The notes below the pieces were generated by a model. That model was not told the origin of the DNA. It made no database searches and saw nothing but the letters and a program-made list of their open reading frames with translations. Both the position numbers and the translations under genes were made by a program. Of a stretch of 64,000 nt of DNA, positions 25,349 through 35,680 are shown one piece after another. Position 1 is the stretch's first letter. The number at the start of each line of letters is the position of its first letter. The DNA lies in assembly GCA_023435435.1 (NCBI GenBank), contig JAEYRW010000085.1, positions 1,814-65,813 of the forward strand, written 5' to 3'. Origin of the DNA: Bacillota bacterium. Lineage in GTDB: Bacteria > Bacillota > Clostridia > Christensenellales > Aristaeellaceae.

Positions 25349-26343
25349 ACCGGTCGAAAAAGCCCCTGTTGATTCTCGCAAGCCTCGGCGTTCTCGCCGT
25401 CTGCGTGCTCCTGTCCCTGGCGCTGGGCTCGCGGCCCGTCGGGATTGCGGACGTCCTGGGCGCGCTCCGGGACGGGGCGCGCGCGGATTTTACCGCGCTG
25501 GTCGTTCGGGAACGGATTCCCAGAACCATATTCAGCCTGATCGCCGGGGCCTCTCTTGGAGTCTCCGGCCTTCTGATGCAGGCGATTACGCGCAACCCCA
25601 TCGCCGACCCGAGCATCCTGGGCGTAAACATGGGGGCGTCGCTGTTCGTGGTGGCGGGCATCGCGTTTTGGGGCATCGGTGCGATGGGCGAATACATTCT
25701 GCTCGCCCTCCTCGGCGCGGCGCTCACGGCCGCCTTCGTATACGCCATCGCGTCCATGGGCGCGGGCGGCGCGACACCGATCAAGCTGGCACTGGCCGGT
25801 TCCGCCACCAGCGCGGCCCTTTCCTCCCTGGTCAGCGCGCTGGTTCTTCCCCGCACCAGCGTCATGAACACGTTTCGATTCTGGCAGATCGGCAGCGTCA
25901 GCGGCGCCACATGGGAGGCAATCGCGGCCACGCTGCCATTCCTCGCAATCGGCGTCGTTTTTGGATTCCTGCTGGCGCCCGCGCTGAACGCCATGGCCCT
26001 TGGCGACGACGTGGCCGTGGGATTGGGCGTGCGAACGGGACTCGTGCGCACCCTCGGCGCCCTGACCGGCGTCGTTCTGTGCGGCGCGATTACCGCGCTG
26101 GCGGGGCCCATCGGCTTTATCGGGCTGATGGTTCCCCATGCGGCGCGGCTGATTCTGGGCCAGGACATGCGCCTGACCTTGCCCGTGTCCGCCATTGCGG
26201 GCGCGGCACTTCTGACGCTGGCGGACGTGGCCGGGCGGCTGCTCGGGCGGCCCGGCGAATTGGAGGTCGGCATTGTCACCGCGTTTCTGGGCGGGCCGAT
26301 TCTGATCTATATCGCGAAGAAAGCGAGGATGCGCGCGCTATGA
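25345..26343 (+). CDS. FecCD-family permease 1
   Basis: 332 aa, multi-TM, with RNPIADPSILGVNMGAS. ATGA overlaps on both sides. Confidence 0.9.
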   Translation: MNRSKKPLLILASLGVLAVCVLLSLALGSRPVGIADVLGALRDGARADFTALVVRERIPRTIFSLIAGASLGVSGLLMQAITRNPIADPSILGVNMGASLFVVAGIAFWGIGAMGEYILLALLGAALTAAFVYAIASMGAGGATPIKLALAGSATSAALSSLVSALVLPRTSVMNTFRFWQIGSVSGATWEAIAATLPFLAIGVVFGFLLAPALNAMALGDDVAVGLGVRTGLVRTLGALTGVVLCGAITALAGPIGFIGLMVPHAARLILGQDMRLTLPVSAIAGAALLTLADVAGRLLGRPGELEVGIVTAFLGGPILIYIAKKARMRAL

Positions 26344-27371
26344 CGGGAGAGAAAAGCGCCGTTCAGGCGGGCTACGGAAGGCGCAGGCGTCGGCTTAACA
26401 TGACGCTCATTCTGCTTGCCCTGCTCATTTTGTGCCTTTGCTGCGCGATGCTGGTCATGGGAAATACAGTCTACTCCCTGGAAACGGTATACCGTGTTCT
26501 GCGCGGCGAAGCGATCAAGGGCGCGACATACGCGGTCGCGACGCTGCGCCTGCCGCGCATGCTCGCGGGCCTTTTCGCGGGCATGGCGTTTGGCATCGGC
26601 GGCAACACGTTTCAGACCATGCTCCGAAATCCCCTGGCGAGCCCGGACATCATCGGCATCACCACCGGCTCCAGCGCGGCCGCGGTGTTCTGCATCCTCG
26701 TTCTCGGGCTTGGCGGCACGGTGGTCTCGGCCGCTGCCCTTGCGGCGGGCCTTTTCGTCGCCGTGCTCATCTATGCCCTCTCGCGCGGCGGGCGCTTTTC
26801 CGGCGGCAGGCTCATCCTGATCGGCATCGGCGCGCAGGCCATGCTCGGCGCGCTCGTCTCCTACATGCTGCTCAAGGCCTCGGAATATGACGTTGCGAGC
26901 GCGCTGCGCTGGATGCGCGGAAGTCTCAACGGCATGCAAATGAGCGATGTCCGGGCCTTGTCGCTGGCGGTCATCGCATGCGGCACGTGCATCGTCCTTT
27001 TTTCCCGGAAACTGCAAATCCTGGAATTGGGGGAGGAGACGGCAACCACATTGGGTGTCAGGACCGACCGGACGCGCGTGGTTCTCATCGCGAATTCGGT
27101 GTTGCTCATCTCGTTTGCGACCGCGGTGACGGGCCCGGTGGCGTTCGTCTCCTTTCTCGCGGGACCAATCGCCATCTAGCTCGTCGGCGCGGGCATGCCC
27201 TCCACGCTTCCGGCGGCCCTGGTCGGCGCGGCGTTGGTGTTGGCAGCGGATCTGGCCGGACAGTTCGCCCTTCCCTCCCGGTATCCGGTGGGCGTGATTA
27301 CGGGGATTCTCGGGGCGCCGTATCTCGTCTTTTTGCTCATCAAAATCAACCGAAAAGGGGGTGCGGCGTAA
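26340..27371 (+). pseudogene. FecCD-family permease 2, interrupted by an in-frame TAG at 27177-27179
   Basis: RNPLASPDIIGITTGSS motif. Reading continues in the same frame after the TAG (LVGAGMPSTLPAALVGAALVLAADL...ITGILGAPYLVFLLIK), ending at TAA 27369-27371, which overlaps the ATPase ATG. Confidence 0.65.
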
Positions 27372-28186
27372 TGGGCGGATCATTGGCGGCGCGAAACATC
27401 ATCTCTGGCTATGAAAAGAAGGTCGTTGTCAGCGGCGTGAGCATCGCGATCCCCGACGGGAAAATCAGCGTCATCGTCGGCGCGAACGCCTGCGGAAAAT
27501 CGACGCTTCTCAAGACATTTGCGCGGCTCTTGAAACCCATGGCGGGCAGCGTCGTTCTGGACGGGCGGGATATCCATTCCATGCCGACGAAAAAGCTCGC
27601 GCAAAAGCTCGGATTGCTTCCGCAGTCGCCCATCGTCCCGGAAGGAATCGCGGTTTCCGACCTCGTCGCGCGGGGGCGGTTTCCCCATCAAACGTTTCTG
27701 CGCGGCATGGGGAAGGGCGATTACGCGGCGGTGGAGGACGCGCTTAATACCATGGGCATCGCGGAACTCGCGAACCGCAGCGTGGACGAGCTTTCGGGCG
27801 GCCAGCGGCAGCGCGTGTGGATCGCCATGGCGCTTGCGCAGGAGACGGATATCCTTCTCCTGGACGAGCCGACCACATATCTTGACATCACCTATCAGAT
27901 CGAAATTCTGGATTTGCTTGCCGATCTCAACCGCAAACGCGGCGTAACCATCGTGATGGTTCTTCACGACATCAACCTTTCCGCGCGCTACGCCGACCAG
28001 ATCTTCGCGCTTCGCGCGGGGAAACTGCTCGCGCAAGGGATTCCGTCGGAGATCATCACCCCGGAACTCATCCGCGACGTGTTCGGCCTCGAATGCATCG
28101 TCATCAAAGACCCGCTGTCCCATTCTCCGATCATCGTTCCCAAAGCGCGCGGCGCCAAGCATCCAAGGGCCGACGCGATATCTTAG
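27371..28186 (+). CDS. FecE-type ABC ATPase
   Basis: GANACGKSTLLK, LSGGQRQRVWIAMALA, ILLLDEPTT. Confidence 0.9.
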   Translation: MGGSLAARNIISGYEKKVVVSGVSIAIPDGKISVIVGANACGKSTLLKTFARLLKPMAGSVVLDGRDIHSMPTKKLAQKLGLLPQSPIVPEGIAVSDLVARGRFPHQTFLRGMGKGDYAAVEDALNTMGIAELANRSVDELSGGQRQRVWIAMALAQETDILLLDEPTTYLDITYQIEILDLLADLNRKRGVTIVMVLHDINLSARYADQIFALRAGKLLAQGIPSEIITPELIRDVFGLECIVIKDPLSHSPIIVPKARGAKHPRADAIS

Positions 28187-28353
28187 AAATCGTGTGAAAA
28201 CGCCAACGGCGGCCTTCGCGGTGCTGCCCTTCCCGCAATGGAATCACGGGTCGTTCCTGTGCCCGCCAGAGCAGCAAAGCAAACCGGCAGAGAAGGCCCG
28301 GGCAAGCGCAATCAGCCGCAAATTGTTTGAACGCAGCGACGCGGCGTCGGGGT

Positions 28354-28382
28354 AGGGGCCGGGGGCGAAGGCCCCTCCTTTT
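28354..28382 (+). terminator. possible terminator hairpin
   Basis: AGGGGCC-loop-GGCCCCT followed by CCTTTTC. The T-tract is weak. Confidence 0.35.
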
Positions 28383-29399
28383 CTATGCGCCGGTCAGCTT
28401 ATCCCAGGTTTCGAACACCTTCCTGACGTTTTCGGGCCGTCCGCCGGGGCCGAATTCGCACTGGGCGATGCAGCCGCCGTTTTCCCAAAGGGTTTCCTTG
28501 ACGTGCGTCACCGCCGCCTCGACCTCCGCTTCCGTCCCGGTCGACAAAAGGTGCTGCCGGTCAACTTCGCCCCAGAATGTGATCTTCCCCTTGAAGGGCG
28601 CAAGCTTGTCCACGCCCATGCAGAAGATCTGCGAATTGAACGCGTCGAGCCCCAGCTCGATGAGATCGGGATAGATTGCCAGCGTATGCCCGTCGGAGTG
28701 CATGAACATCTTCTTGCCCGCGCGATGGGCGATGTCGATGTAATCCTTGTACATGGGCCTGAAGACGGACCGCCAGACGCGCGGGGGAATCAGAAGCCCC
28801 GTCTGCGAGCCCCAGTCGTCCATCATGTTGAGCGCGTCCACCTCGGTTCCGGCCCACACCTCCAGAAGCTCGCAGTAGAAGGCGTGCATCTTCGCGATGA
28901 ACTTCAGCATCTCCGCCGGGGGATCCATGAGGTCCATGTACAGATTGGCCGTGCCGCGCAAAAACTGAAGCTGTTCAAACGGGCGCGGACAGCAGCCGCC
29001 GCAGCGGAACTTGTCCGCGTTGGCGCGGCAATACTCGTTTGCCTTTTCGACATCCACGGAAAGCTGCTCCCGCGGGACATGCACCAGCGCCGCGTCCGAC
29101 CAGTCGTCCTCTTTGATCTGCGGATTTTTCACCTCGCCGATGACGCCATCCTGAATGTTGACAAATTCGCAGCCCCAGTCGTCGGTGTGGATGCCCGGCG
29201 CATAGGCGTCTCCCCTGCCGACGGTTTTTTCGCGCAGGCAGCCCGGAACGCCGATCATGTCCGGCGGAAATGACCGGGTGATTTCGGCGAGCGCGTCCGG
29301 GTACCGCTTTCCCGCCCAGGGGAGCAGCCAGAGCTCCCGCGGCGCGCGGCCGTGATTGACCATCCCCAGTGTGTCGAGCATGAGCCTTCGCGAATTCAT
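28383..29399 (-). CDS. uroporphyrinogen decarboxylase (URO-D) family protein
   Basis: 338 aa. Overall pattern (…MMDDWGSQTGLLIPP…FMHSDGH…) resembles URO-D/MtaA-like family members. Assignment is by recollection only. Confidence 0.6.
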   Translation of the reverse strand: MNSRRLMLDTLGMVNHGRAPRELWLLPWAGKRYPDALAEITRSFPPDMIGVPGCLREKTVGRGDAYAPGIHTDDWGCEFVNIQDGVIGEVKNPQIKEDDWSDAALVHVPREQLSVDVEKANEYCRANADKFRCGGCCPRPFEQLQFLRGTANLYMDLMDPPAEMLKFIAKMHAFYCELLEVWAGTEVDALNMMDDWGSQTGLLIPPRVWRSVFRPMYKDYIDIAHRAGKKMFMHSDGHTLAIYPDLIELGLDAFNSQIFCMGVDKLAPFKGKITFWGEVDRQHLLSTGTEAEVEAAVTHVKETLWENGGCIAQCEFGPGGRPENVRKVFETWDKLTGA

Positions 29400-29419
29400 G
29401 TGTATTCCTCCTGCCGTTG

Positions 29420-29647
29420 CTATATAAGGACTGCCGGATCGCCCTGAAAATACCGCTGCCGGTCGCGAAACCGGTATTCCTTCGGCGATTGGCCAAGGGT
29501 ATTTTTGAATGTGTTTGAAAAAAGAACTGAGGCTGGACTATCCGATGCCTGCGCAATCTCGTTGACGCGCATGTCCGTCGCCATCAGAAGGTGCGACGCC
29601 CGGTCGATCTTGACGCGCGCGGTATGGGGATTGACGGGAGATTTCAC
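29420..29647 (-). pseudogene. AraC-family regulator remnant (C-terminal HTH only)
   Basis: 75 aa: IDRASHLLMATDMRVNEIAQASD...FSNTFKNTLGQSPKEYR is only the last HTH of an AraC domain. No sensor domain is present. Confidence 0.5.
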
Positions 29648-29717
29648 GCATCAATCGGCGGGAACGACGGCGTGTGAAAACACCATAAACGATGGGAACC
29701 CGCTTCATCGCAGATTT

Positions 29718-32384
29718 TTACGCGCGCTTGCGTGAACGCCGTTTGAGCCATATCGCAAGACTGATCCATGTCAGAACCCCCGCGCCGGTGAAAATCAATC
29801 CTTGCGAAAGAAAGGGCGTTTGATAGGTGAATACGACCGTGTGGTTGCCGAGGTTGAGGCGCACGCCCGTGTACATGCCGCCGGAGCGGAAAACGTCCGC
29901 GCCCTCTCCATCGACGGTTGCCGACCATCCATCGCCGTACTGTACGCTGATTTGGAGGATGGCCGGTTCGTTCAAGGCAATATCACCCGAGATGCGATTG
30001 CTCGACGTCTCGATGTTCGTGAGTTGATGAGTCGCGAGCGCCTCAAGGGGATCTATCACATTCTCGATGGGCACGGCGTACACGTGAATGGAGTCATAGC
30101 TGATCTTGGCGGCCTTCCAGAACAGGAGGTCCGCGCCGTCGCGCGCTTTATCCGTACATCCCAGATCCAGAAGCACGCCCGTCTGCCCATAGCAAACGGT
30201 GCTGGCCGCAGTGGTGAGAAAGCCGTAGCCGGTCGTTTCCCCCGAAGCATATTCAAGCACCGTGGGCTTCGCGGAGTTTTTTCGATCCGTGACAACGCCG
30301 TCGATCAGTAAAAAGATATCATAACCTGCGGGCGCTTCAAAATTCATGCGCATTCTGCCATTTTCTTTGGTGACGATCCTATTTTCTTCCAGCGTGAGAT
30401 TGCGCACCGGTTCAAGCGTCCATTTGAGTTCTTCGAGAGCGCTCTCGTATGTTCCCTCCGGGACGCCGCTTGCCGACGCATTCTCCAAAACGGCATACCT
30501 TGCGTAGGCAAGCTCCCGGTCGACGGGCGTCAGATTTTTGAGCGCTTCCTCCGAAATCGAACGCGTGAATGCGTAGCCGAATGGCAGCGCGTGGGGATTC
30601 CGGTAAACCACAGCCGCATCTGTCTCGGCGACAGGATAACTGCCGTAAGGAAGCAGCGAATAATCGCCCTTCGGGCGAACAATATACTTGAGCCCTGCCA
30701 GCGAACTCAATGTCGTCCGTCCGTCCAATCCACGCACGTTGTGAAAAGCGGAACGCGAACTAAGCATGACGTTGCGCTGATATTCCGCGGTCCACGCGGG
30801 CACGATGCTCCAATAGTACGACACGGGCATGTAGCCCACCAGATCCGAAAGCGGATCGTTGATATGTACTTCCGTCGAACGGTAGACGCCGTCATCGTCA
30901 ACCAGTTTGAGCGCGGCCAGATTGTCGTTCATGATTCGCGCATAGACGCCCCTGTCGTTAAACTGCATCGCATAGTTGCGCAGACCGGGTGAGTAGACGA
31001 AGAACGCGTAGGCAAATGCGATCAGCGCGATCAGTGCCTGAAACATGAATTTGCTCGTCACCTTCATGACGCGCACGAGAAGAAGCGCCGAAAAGCACAC
31101 AATCATAGCGGCATAACCCGTCGCGAAGTGTCTCATCGTTTTTGTGATAAACGCCAGCACAATGGCCACAGTGAGATACGCGCCCCAGAACACGCCGAGC
31201 GCCGCAAGCTGTTTTTTGCCGATTGTCGCAAGCGCGGGAAGCATGACGGCACATGCAACACAAATGGGGAGGGAAAGCGCATAGCTCCAGCGGTTCGTCA
31301 CATAACCAAATCCGTTAAACATCTTCCCGAAAAATGGAACCATAAGGAAAAACAGGAGCGCGCTGATCCCGATGAGAATCTGCGCGTCGGTTCGGCTTTT
31401 CCCGCGCTTCAGCAGCAATAACGCCGCGCAGAACAGGGAGATCGGCGTATACCCGATCACCGCCCAGGTTCCCGCGGTACCGCCCGGCTGCACAATGCTT
31501 CCAAAGAGCGAAATGTAATGGCCCATCGGATAAAAAAGGAGCGAGTCGGTGTACCCCGTTTGGATCAGGGCCCGGCCGTTTTGCAGATACTGATAGGTAA
31601 TCGGAATAAATACGGCCGCCGAAACCGCCATACCCAAGATGTACGAGCCCAAAAGGGCAAAGCCGTCCGCCGCGCTGCCGCGCAGGCGACGCGCACGGTA
31701 TCGGAACGCGATTCGCATGATGATGTAAAAAACAGCGATTACCGTATTGATATAGGCAAAAAAGAAATTGGTGACCAGCATGAGCGCCGAGAACCCGACG
31801 AATGCGTGGGGCTTGCGGTCGCGCAGGAGCTTTTCCACGCCATAAAGAATCAGCGGCAGGTAGAGGGCGCCGTTGACGAAATGCGGATGCCGAACCGCCG
31901 CGTAGATCAGGTACCCGGAGACGGCGTACAGAACCGCGGCAGATGAAGTTGCCCATCCCTCGGTTCTGAACGTATAACGCAAGTACAGTCCAAGGGCCGC
32001 GCCCGCGAGGTATACCCGCACGCCGATCAGAATCGCGTACATTGTCTCCATGCTGTCGCCGGTGGCCAGCGCCGAAAGAAGGTTGACGGGATCCGTTAAC
32101 CCGTAAAAGCACATGCACGCAAGTGTATCCATGCCCTGTCCGAGCTGAAAGTCCATCATGTCAAACGTAAAATGTCCGGTGGCAAAGAATGAACGCACAT
32201 GTGCGGATATGTAAGAAATCGTATTGTAGACCTGCCGGAGGCCATCATTGGCCCAAATGAGCGTCTTCCCATCCAGCGTGAACACAATGTAAACACCAAT
32301 CGCAATCAGAAGATACCAAAAAGTGTAAGAAATCAGCCACCCGGAATTCCATCGATTGACATGGGGTCTTTTTTTCTTATCCAT
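29718..32384 (-). CDS. YfhO-family polytopic membrane protein (putative glycosyltransferase)
   Basis: About 888 aa with many TM segments. N-terminal region (...LIWANDGLRQVYNTISY...) and overall architecture resemble YfhO. GC is lower than in the neighbours, by eye. Confidence 0.7.
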   Translation of the reverse strand: MDKKKRPHVNRWNSGWLISYTFWYLLIAIGVYIVFTLDGKTLIWANDGLRQVYNTISYISAHVRSFFATGHFTFDMMDFQLGQGMDTLACMCFYGLTDPVNLLSALATGDSMETMYAILIGVRVYLAGAALGLYLRYTFRTEGWATSSAAVLYAVSGYLIYAAVRHPHFVNGALYLPLILYGVEKLLRDRKPHAFVGFSALMLVTNFFFAYINTVIAVFYIIMRIAFRYRARRLRGSAADGFALLGSYILGMAVSAAVFIPITYQYLQNGRALIQTGYTDSLLFYPMGHYISLFGSIVQPGGTAGTWAVIGYTPISLFCAALLLLKRGKSRTDAQILIGISALLFFLMVPFFGKMFNGFGYVTNRWSYALSLPICVACAVMLPALATIGKKQLAALGVFWGAYLTVAIVLAFITKTMRHFATGYAAMIVCFSALLLVRVMKVTSKFMFQALIALIAFAYAFFVYSPGLRNYAMQFNDRGVYARIMNDNLAALKLVDDDGVYRSTEVHINDPLSDLVGYMPVSYYWSIVPAWTAEYQRNVMLSSRSAFHNVRGLDGRTTLSSLAGLKYIVRPKGDYSLLPYGSYPVAETDAAVVYRNPHALPFGYAFTRSISEEALKNLTPVDRELAYARYAVLENASASGVPEGTYESALEELKWTLEPVRNLTLEENRIVTKENGRMRMNFEAPAGYDIFLLIDGVVTDRKNSAKPTVLEYASGETTGYGFLTTAASTVCYGQTGVLLDLGCTDKARDGADLLFWKAAKISYDSIHVYAVPIENVIDPLEALATHQLTNIETSSNRISGDIALNEPAILQISVQYGDGWSATVDGEGADVFRSGGMYTGVRLNLGNHTVVFTYQTPFLSQGLIFTGAGVLTWISLAIWLKRRSRKRA

Positions 32385-32708
32385 AAAAATGCCTTTCGGG
32401 ACGGCGCGTTGAATCAATAAGTAGATGATAGCACAAAAGTTATTTTAATTAAAGTATTCCACGCATTTTTCACGATAATTTGCATTTTGCGACTCTTCCG
32501 GTTGCCGGGGTGCGGTCGCAGCGGCCGAAATGTGAGCGGCATTGTGCCCGCCACACGCCGGCGGCATGCCGCATTCGGCACAATAATGAGTTTTACTCAA
32601 TTTTGATAAGCACAATATTGAATATTTCTAAGCTTGCATTATACTGATGGTCGGTGAGAAGCAGGACACATCCGCTTTTCCACGCCCAAAAAGGAGAGGA
32701 GCATCACT

Positions 32709-34613
32709 ATGAAGCAGGCATTATGGAAAATACCGGTTACTCTATGCCTCGCGGCGGCCATTCTGTTCAGCGGCATTGCGCCTTGGTGGAACGGTATGGC
32801 GCTGGCGGAGTCGGGCGAGATTCAGAAGGAATCGCCCATGCTGGCAGAGCGCGTGGCGGCGGGCAGCCTGCCCGCCCTGGAGGACCGGCTTCCCGAAACC
32901 CCGAAACTTCTCAACGAACTTGCCCCGGAGCACCTGGCCCTCACCGAGGGCAACTTCGGCGGCACGATCCGCTGCGCCACAGGCGCACTCAACGACGTCG
33001 GCGTCTTTCTGGTGGGCATGTTCGAGCCTCTGGTCAACAGCCCCAGCTTTACCGGCGAAGAGTTTGTGGCAAACGTTGCCGAAAGCTACGAGGTTAACGA
33101 GGACGGCTCCGTCTACACCTTCACGCTGCGCAAGGGCATGAAGTGGTCGGACGGCGAACCGGTGACCATGGAAGACGTGCGCTTCGCCATTGAGGACGTT
33201 CTCATGAACGAAACGCTCACACCCGCCCTTCCCAACATGTTCCGCACCGGCGGCAAGGCGGACGGCACGCCCATGACCCTGGAAATCGTGGACGATTATA
33301 CGTTCCGGCTCGCCTTTGACGGACCCTACCCGGGCTTCCTTCTGAAAATTTCGGTGCAGAGCTGGCCCAGCTATTACTACTTCCTCAAGCCCTACCACTA
33401 TCTGTCCCAGTATCACGAGGCATATGCCGACCCCGACGCCCTTGCCCAGTTGGTGGCGGACGGAAAGTATGACAGCTGGGCCGACCTGTTCAACGATTAC
33501 GACATCACCAGTTGGGAGATGGGCAGCGAAAAGGCAATCGGCTTCCCGTCCCTGAGTCCCTGGGTTCCCATCAGCAACCTGAATGGAAAGATCACGCTGG
33601 AGCGCAATGCCTACTATTGGAAGGTGGACGCCTCGGGCCGTCAGATGCCGTACGTGGACTACGGCGAGGTCTACTACGTCGGCGACAGCGAGACGGGCGC
33701 CAACATGATCATCTCCGGCCAGGTGGACTACGCGAGCAACGCCGAGATGAGCAAGATGCAGCTTTTCAAGGCCAACGAGGAGACCGGCAATTATGTGACC
33801 CGCGTCGCCAATTACCATGGCCGCCTGGGCAACATTTACCTCAACCTCAATTATGACGACGCGGATTGGCAGAGCGTCGTCGGCGACGTGCGTTTCCGCA
33901 AGGCCATCAGCCTCTCGGTGGACCGTGCGGACATCGTGGACACGGTGTTCTTCGGGCTGGGCGTCCTGGCCGGCGAGATCGGCTACGGCGATTACGATCC
34001 GGACGAGGCGAACCGTCTTCTGGACGAGCTGGGTCTCGACCAGAAAAACGCCGACGGCATCCGGCTCTATCCGGACGGAAACACCGTGGATCTCCTCTTT
34101 GAGGCGTCCAGCCGCGTGCCCGAGAACCTGCCCATCTCCGAAATGCTGGTGACCCAGCTCAAGGCGGTCGGCATCAACGCCCAGGTGAAGACCATCGATT
34201 ACTCCCTCTGGGCGGAGCGCAGGCCCGCCAACCAGATCCAGGCGTTCGTGGAACGCATGGAGACCTACTGGTGGATGGCGGACGCCAAGTTCAGCTACTG
34301 GGCGCCTCTGTGGGACGCGTGGTACCAGTCCAACGGCGAGACGGGCATCGAGCCGCCGGAGGAAGTCAAGACTCTCATGGATTACGCCCGGGACACCACT
34401 GCGGTTGACCTCGCGGAAGGCCCGGCGATTTATCAGAAGCTCGTGGACGGCATCCGCGAGGGTTACTGGTACATCCCCATCATGGACGATTCCCAGATGG
34501 CCGTCATCTTCAATAAGGACCTGAGAAACACCGAATTTACCGGAGACCTGACCACAATCATCCTGAGCTTCTCCATCGAGGAAATGTACTACGAGAATCC
34601 GGAAAACCACTGA
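32709..34613 (+). CDS. ABC substrate-binding protein, family 5 (Opp/Dpp/Nik type)
   Basis: 634 aa with a signal peptide and YTFTLRKGMKWSDGEPVTMEDV, typical of SBP_bac_5. Confidence 0.85.
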   Translation: MKQALWKIPVTLCLAAAILFSGIAPWWNGMALAESGEIQKESPMLAERVAAGSLPALEDRLPETPKLLNELAPEHLALTEGNFGGTIRCATGALNDVGVFLVGMFEPLVNSPSFTGEEFVANVAESYEVNEDGSVYTFTLRKGMKWSDGEPVTMEDVRFAIEDVLMNETLTPALPNMFRTGGKADGTPMTLEIVDDYTFRLAFDGPYPGFLLKISVQSWPSYYYFLKPYHYLSQYHEAYADPDALAQLVADGKYDSWADLFNDYDITSWEMGSEKAIGFPSLSPWVPISNLNGKITLERNAYYWKVDASGRQMPYVDYGEVYYVGDSETGANMIISGQVDYASNAEMSKMQLFKANEETGNYVTRVANYHGRLGNIYLNLNYDDADWQSVVGDVRFRKAISLSVDRADIVDTVFFGLGVLAGEIGYGDYDPDEANRLLDELGLDQKNADGIRLYPDGNTVDLLFEASSRVPENLPISEMLVTQLKAVGINAQVKTIDYSLWAERRPANQIQAFVERMETYWWMADAKFSYWAPLWDAWYQSNGETGIEPPEEVKTLMDYARDTTAVDLAEGPAIYQKLVDGIREGYWYIPIMDDSQMAVIFNKDLRNTEFTGDLTTIILSFSIEEMYYENPENH

Positions 34614-34681
34614 ACGCAAAGGCGCGGCCCGCGGGCATGTTGCAGCGGGCCGCGCCCGCGGCAAGCAAAGGAGATGGGACG

Positions 34682-35680
34682 TTGGGAAGATATGTCGTCA
34701 AGCGTATTTTGGGGGCGGCTGTTTTACTGGTAGCGATCTCGATCATCGTGTTCGCCCTGATCCAGCTCCCGCCGGGAGATTTTTTGTCCACGCACATCGA
34801 GCAGATGAAGATGGAGGGCACGCCCCTTCAGGAGGCAGAGATTCAGAATCTCACGCGGGAGTATCATCTGGATGAACCCGTTCCCGTGCAGTACCTCATG
34901 TGGGTAAAAAACATCGTGACGAAGGGAAGCCTCGGAAGGTCGTTCACGTACGGCGAACAGGTGACGGAGGTATTGGCGGACCGGATCGCCATGACGGTCT
35001 TCCTGTCCCTGCTCACCATTTTCTTCACGTGGCTCATCGCCTTTCCCACGGGTGTCATCGCGGCGCTGAGGCAGTATTCCTGGTTTGATTATCTGTTTTC
35101 CCTGATTGGCTTCATCGGCGTTTCCATTCCGGGGTTCATGCTGGCGCTGGTGGGTGTGTATGTGATCTTTAAAACCACCGGTTTCGCCATAAACGGTCTG
35201 TTTTCCACACGGTTTCTGGATCAGCCCATGAGCCTCGCCAAATTCGGCGACCTTCTGGGGCACATCTGGTTTCCGGTCATCGTCATCGGACTGCACGGCA
35301 CGGCAAGCCTCGTGCGGGCGGTGCGCGGCCAGGTGCTCGATGAATTGGGCAAGCAGTACATCGTTGCCGCGAAGGCGCGGGGCGTTTCGGGTGCGCGGCT
35401 GCTGTTCGCCTATCCCATCCGCGTGGCGGTCAATCCGCTTATCAGCACCATCGGGTGGATGCTCCCGGCCATTATTTCCGGCGAATCCATCGTGGCGGTG
35501 GTTTTGAATCTCCAGACCGTGGGACCGGTGCTTCTCAAAAGCCTCCAGACGCAGGACATGTATCTTGCGGGCAGCATTCTTTTGATCACGGGTTCCCTGA
35601 CGCTCGTGGGCACGCTGATTTCGGACATTCTGCTCGCCCTGCTCGACCCGCGCATCCGCATAGGAGGGAACCATCGATGA
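34682..35680 (+). CDS. Opp/Dpp/Nik-type ABC permease (B subunit)
   Basis: TTG start 8 nt after AAAGGAG. LGRYVVKRILGAAVLL N-terminus typical of DppB/OppB. Confidence 0.8.
   Translation: MGRYVVKRILGAAVLLVAISIIVFALIQLPPGDFLSTHIEQMKMEGTPLQEAEIQNLTREYHLDEPVPVQYLMWVKNIVTKGSLGRSFTYGEQVTEVLADRIAMTVFLSLLTIFFTWLIAFPTGVIAALRQYSWFDYLFSLIGFIGVSIPGFMLALVGVYVIFKTTGFAINGLFSTRFLDQPMSLAKFGDLLGHIWFPVIVIGLHGTASLVRAVRGQVLDELGKQYIVAAKARGVSGARLLFAYPIRVAVNPLISTIGWMLPAIISGESIVAVVLNLQTVGPVLLKSLQTQDMYLAGSILLITGSLTLVGTLISDILLALLDPRIRIGGNHR

Noticed and set aside
27177-27179. The TAG as pyrrolysine or programmed recoding
   Set aside because: The window has no pyl genes and no PYLIS-like context that I can see. The position is a generic conserved residue of FecCD permeases. 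A nonsense mutation or sequencing error is more parsimonious. It is kept as a finding only for verification.
32742-34664. A 640-aa minus-strand ORF, and similar long ORFs at 18565-20370 (-), 11476-12927 (+), 1767-3053 (+), 25143-26279 (-), 14094-15236 (+), 22180-24051 (+) and 36728-38068 (-)
   Set aside because: These are antisense or out-of-frame shadows of clearly recognisable genes in very GC-rich DNA. Their translations are Arg/Gly/Pro/His-rich with no family motifs and no RBS.
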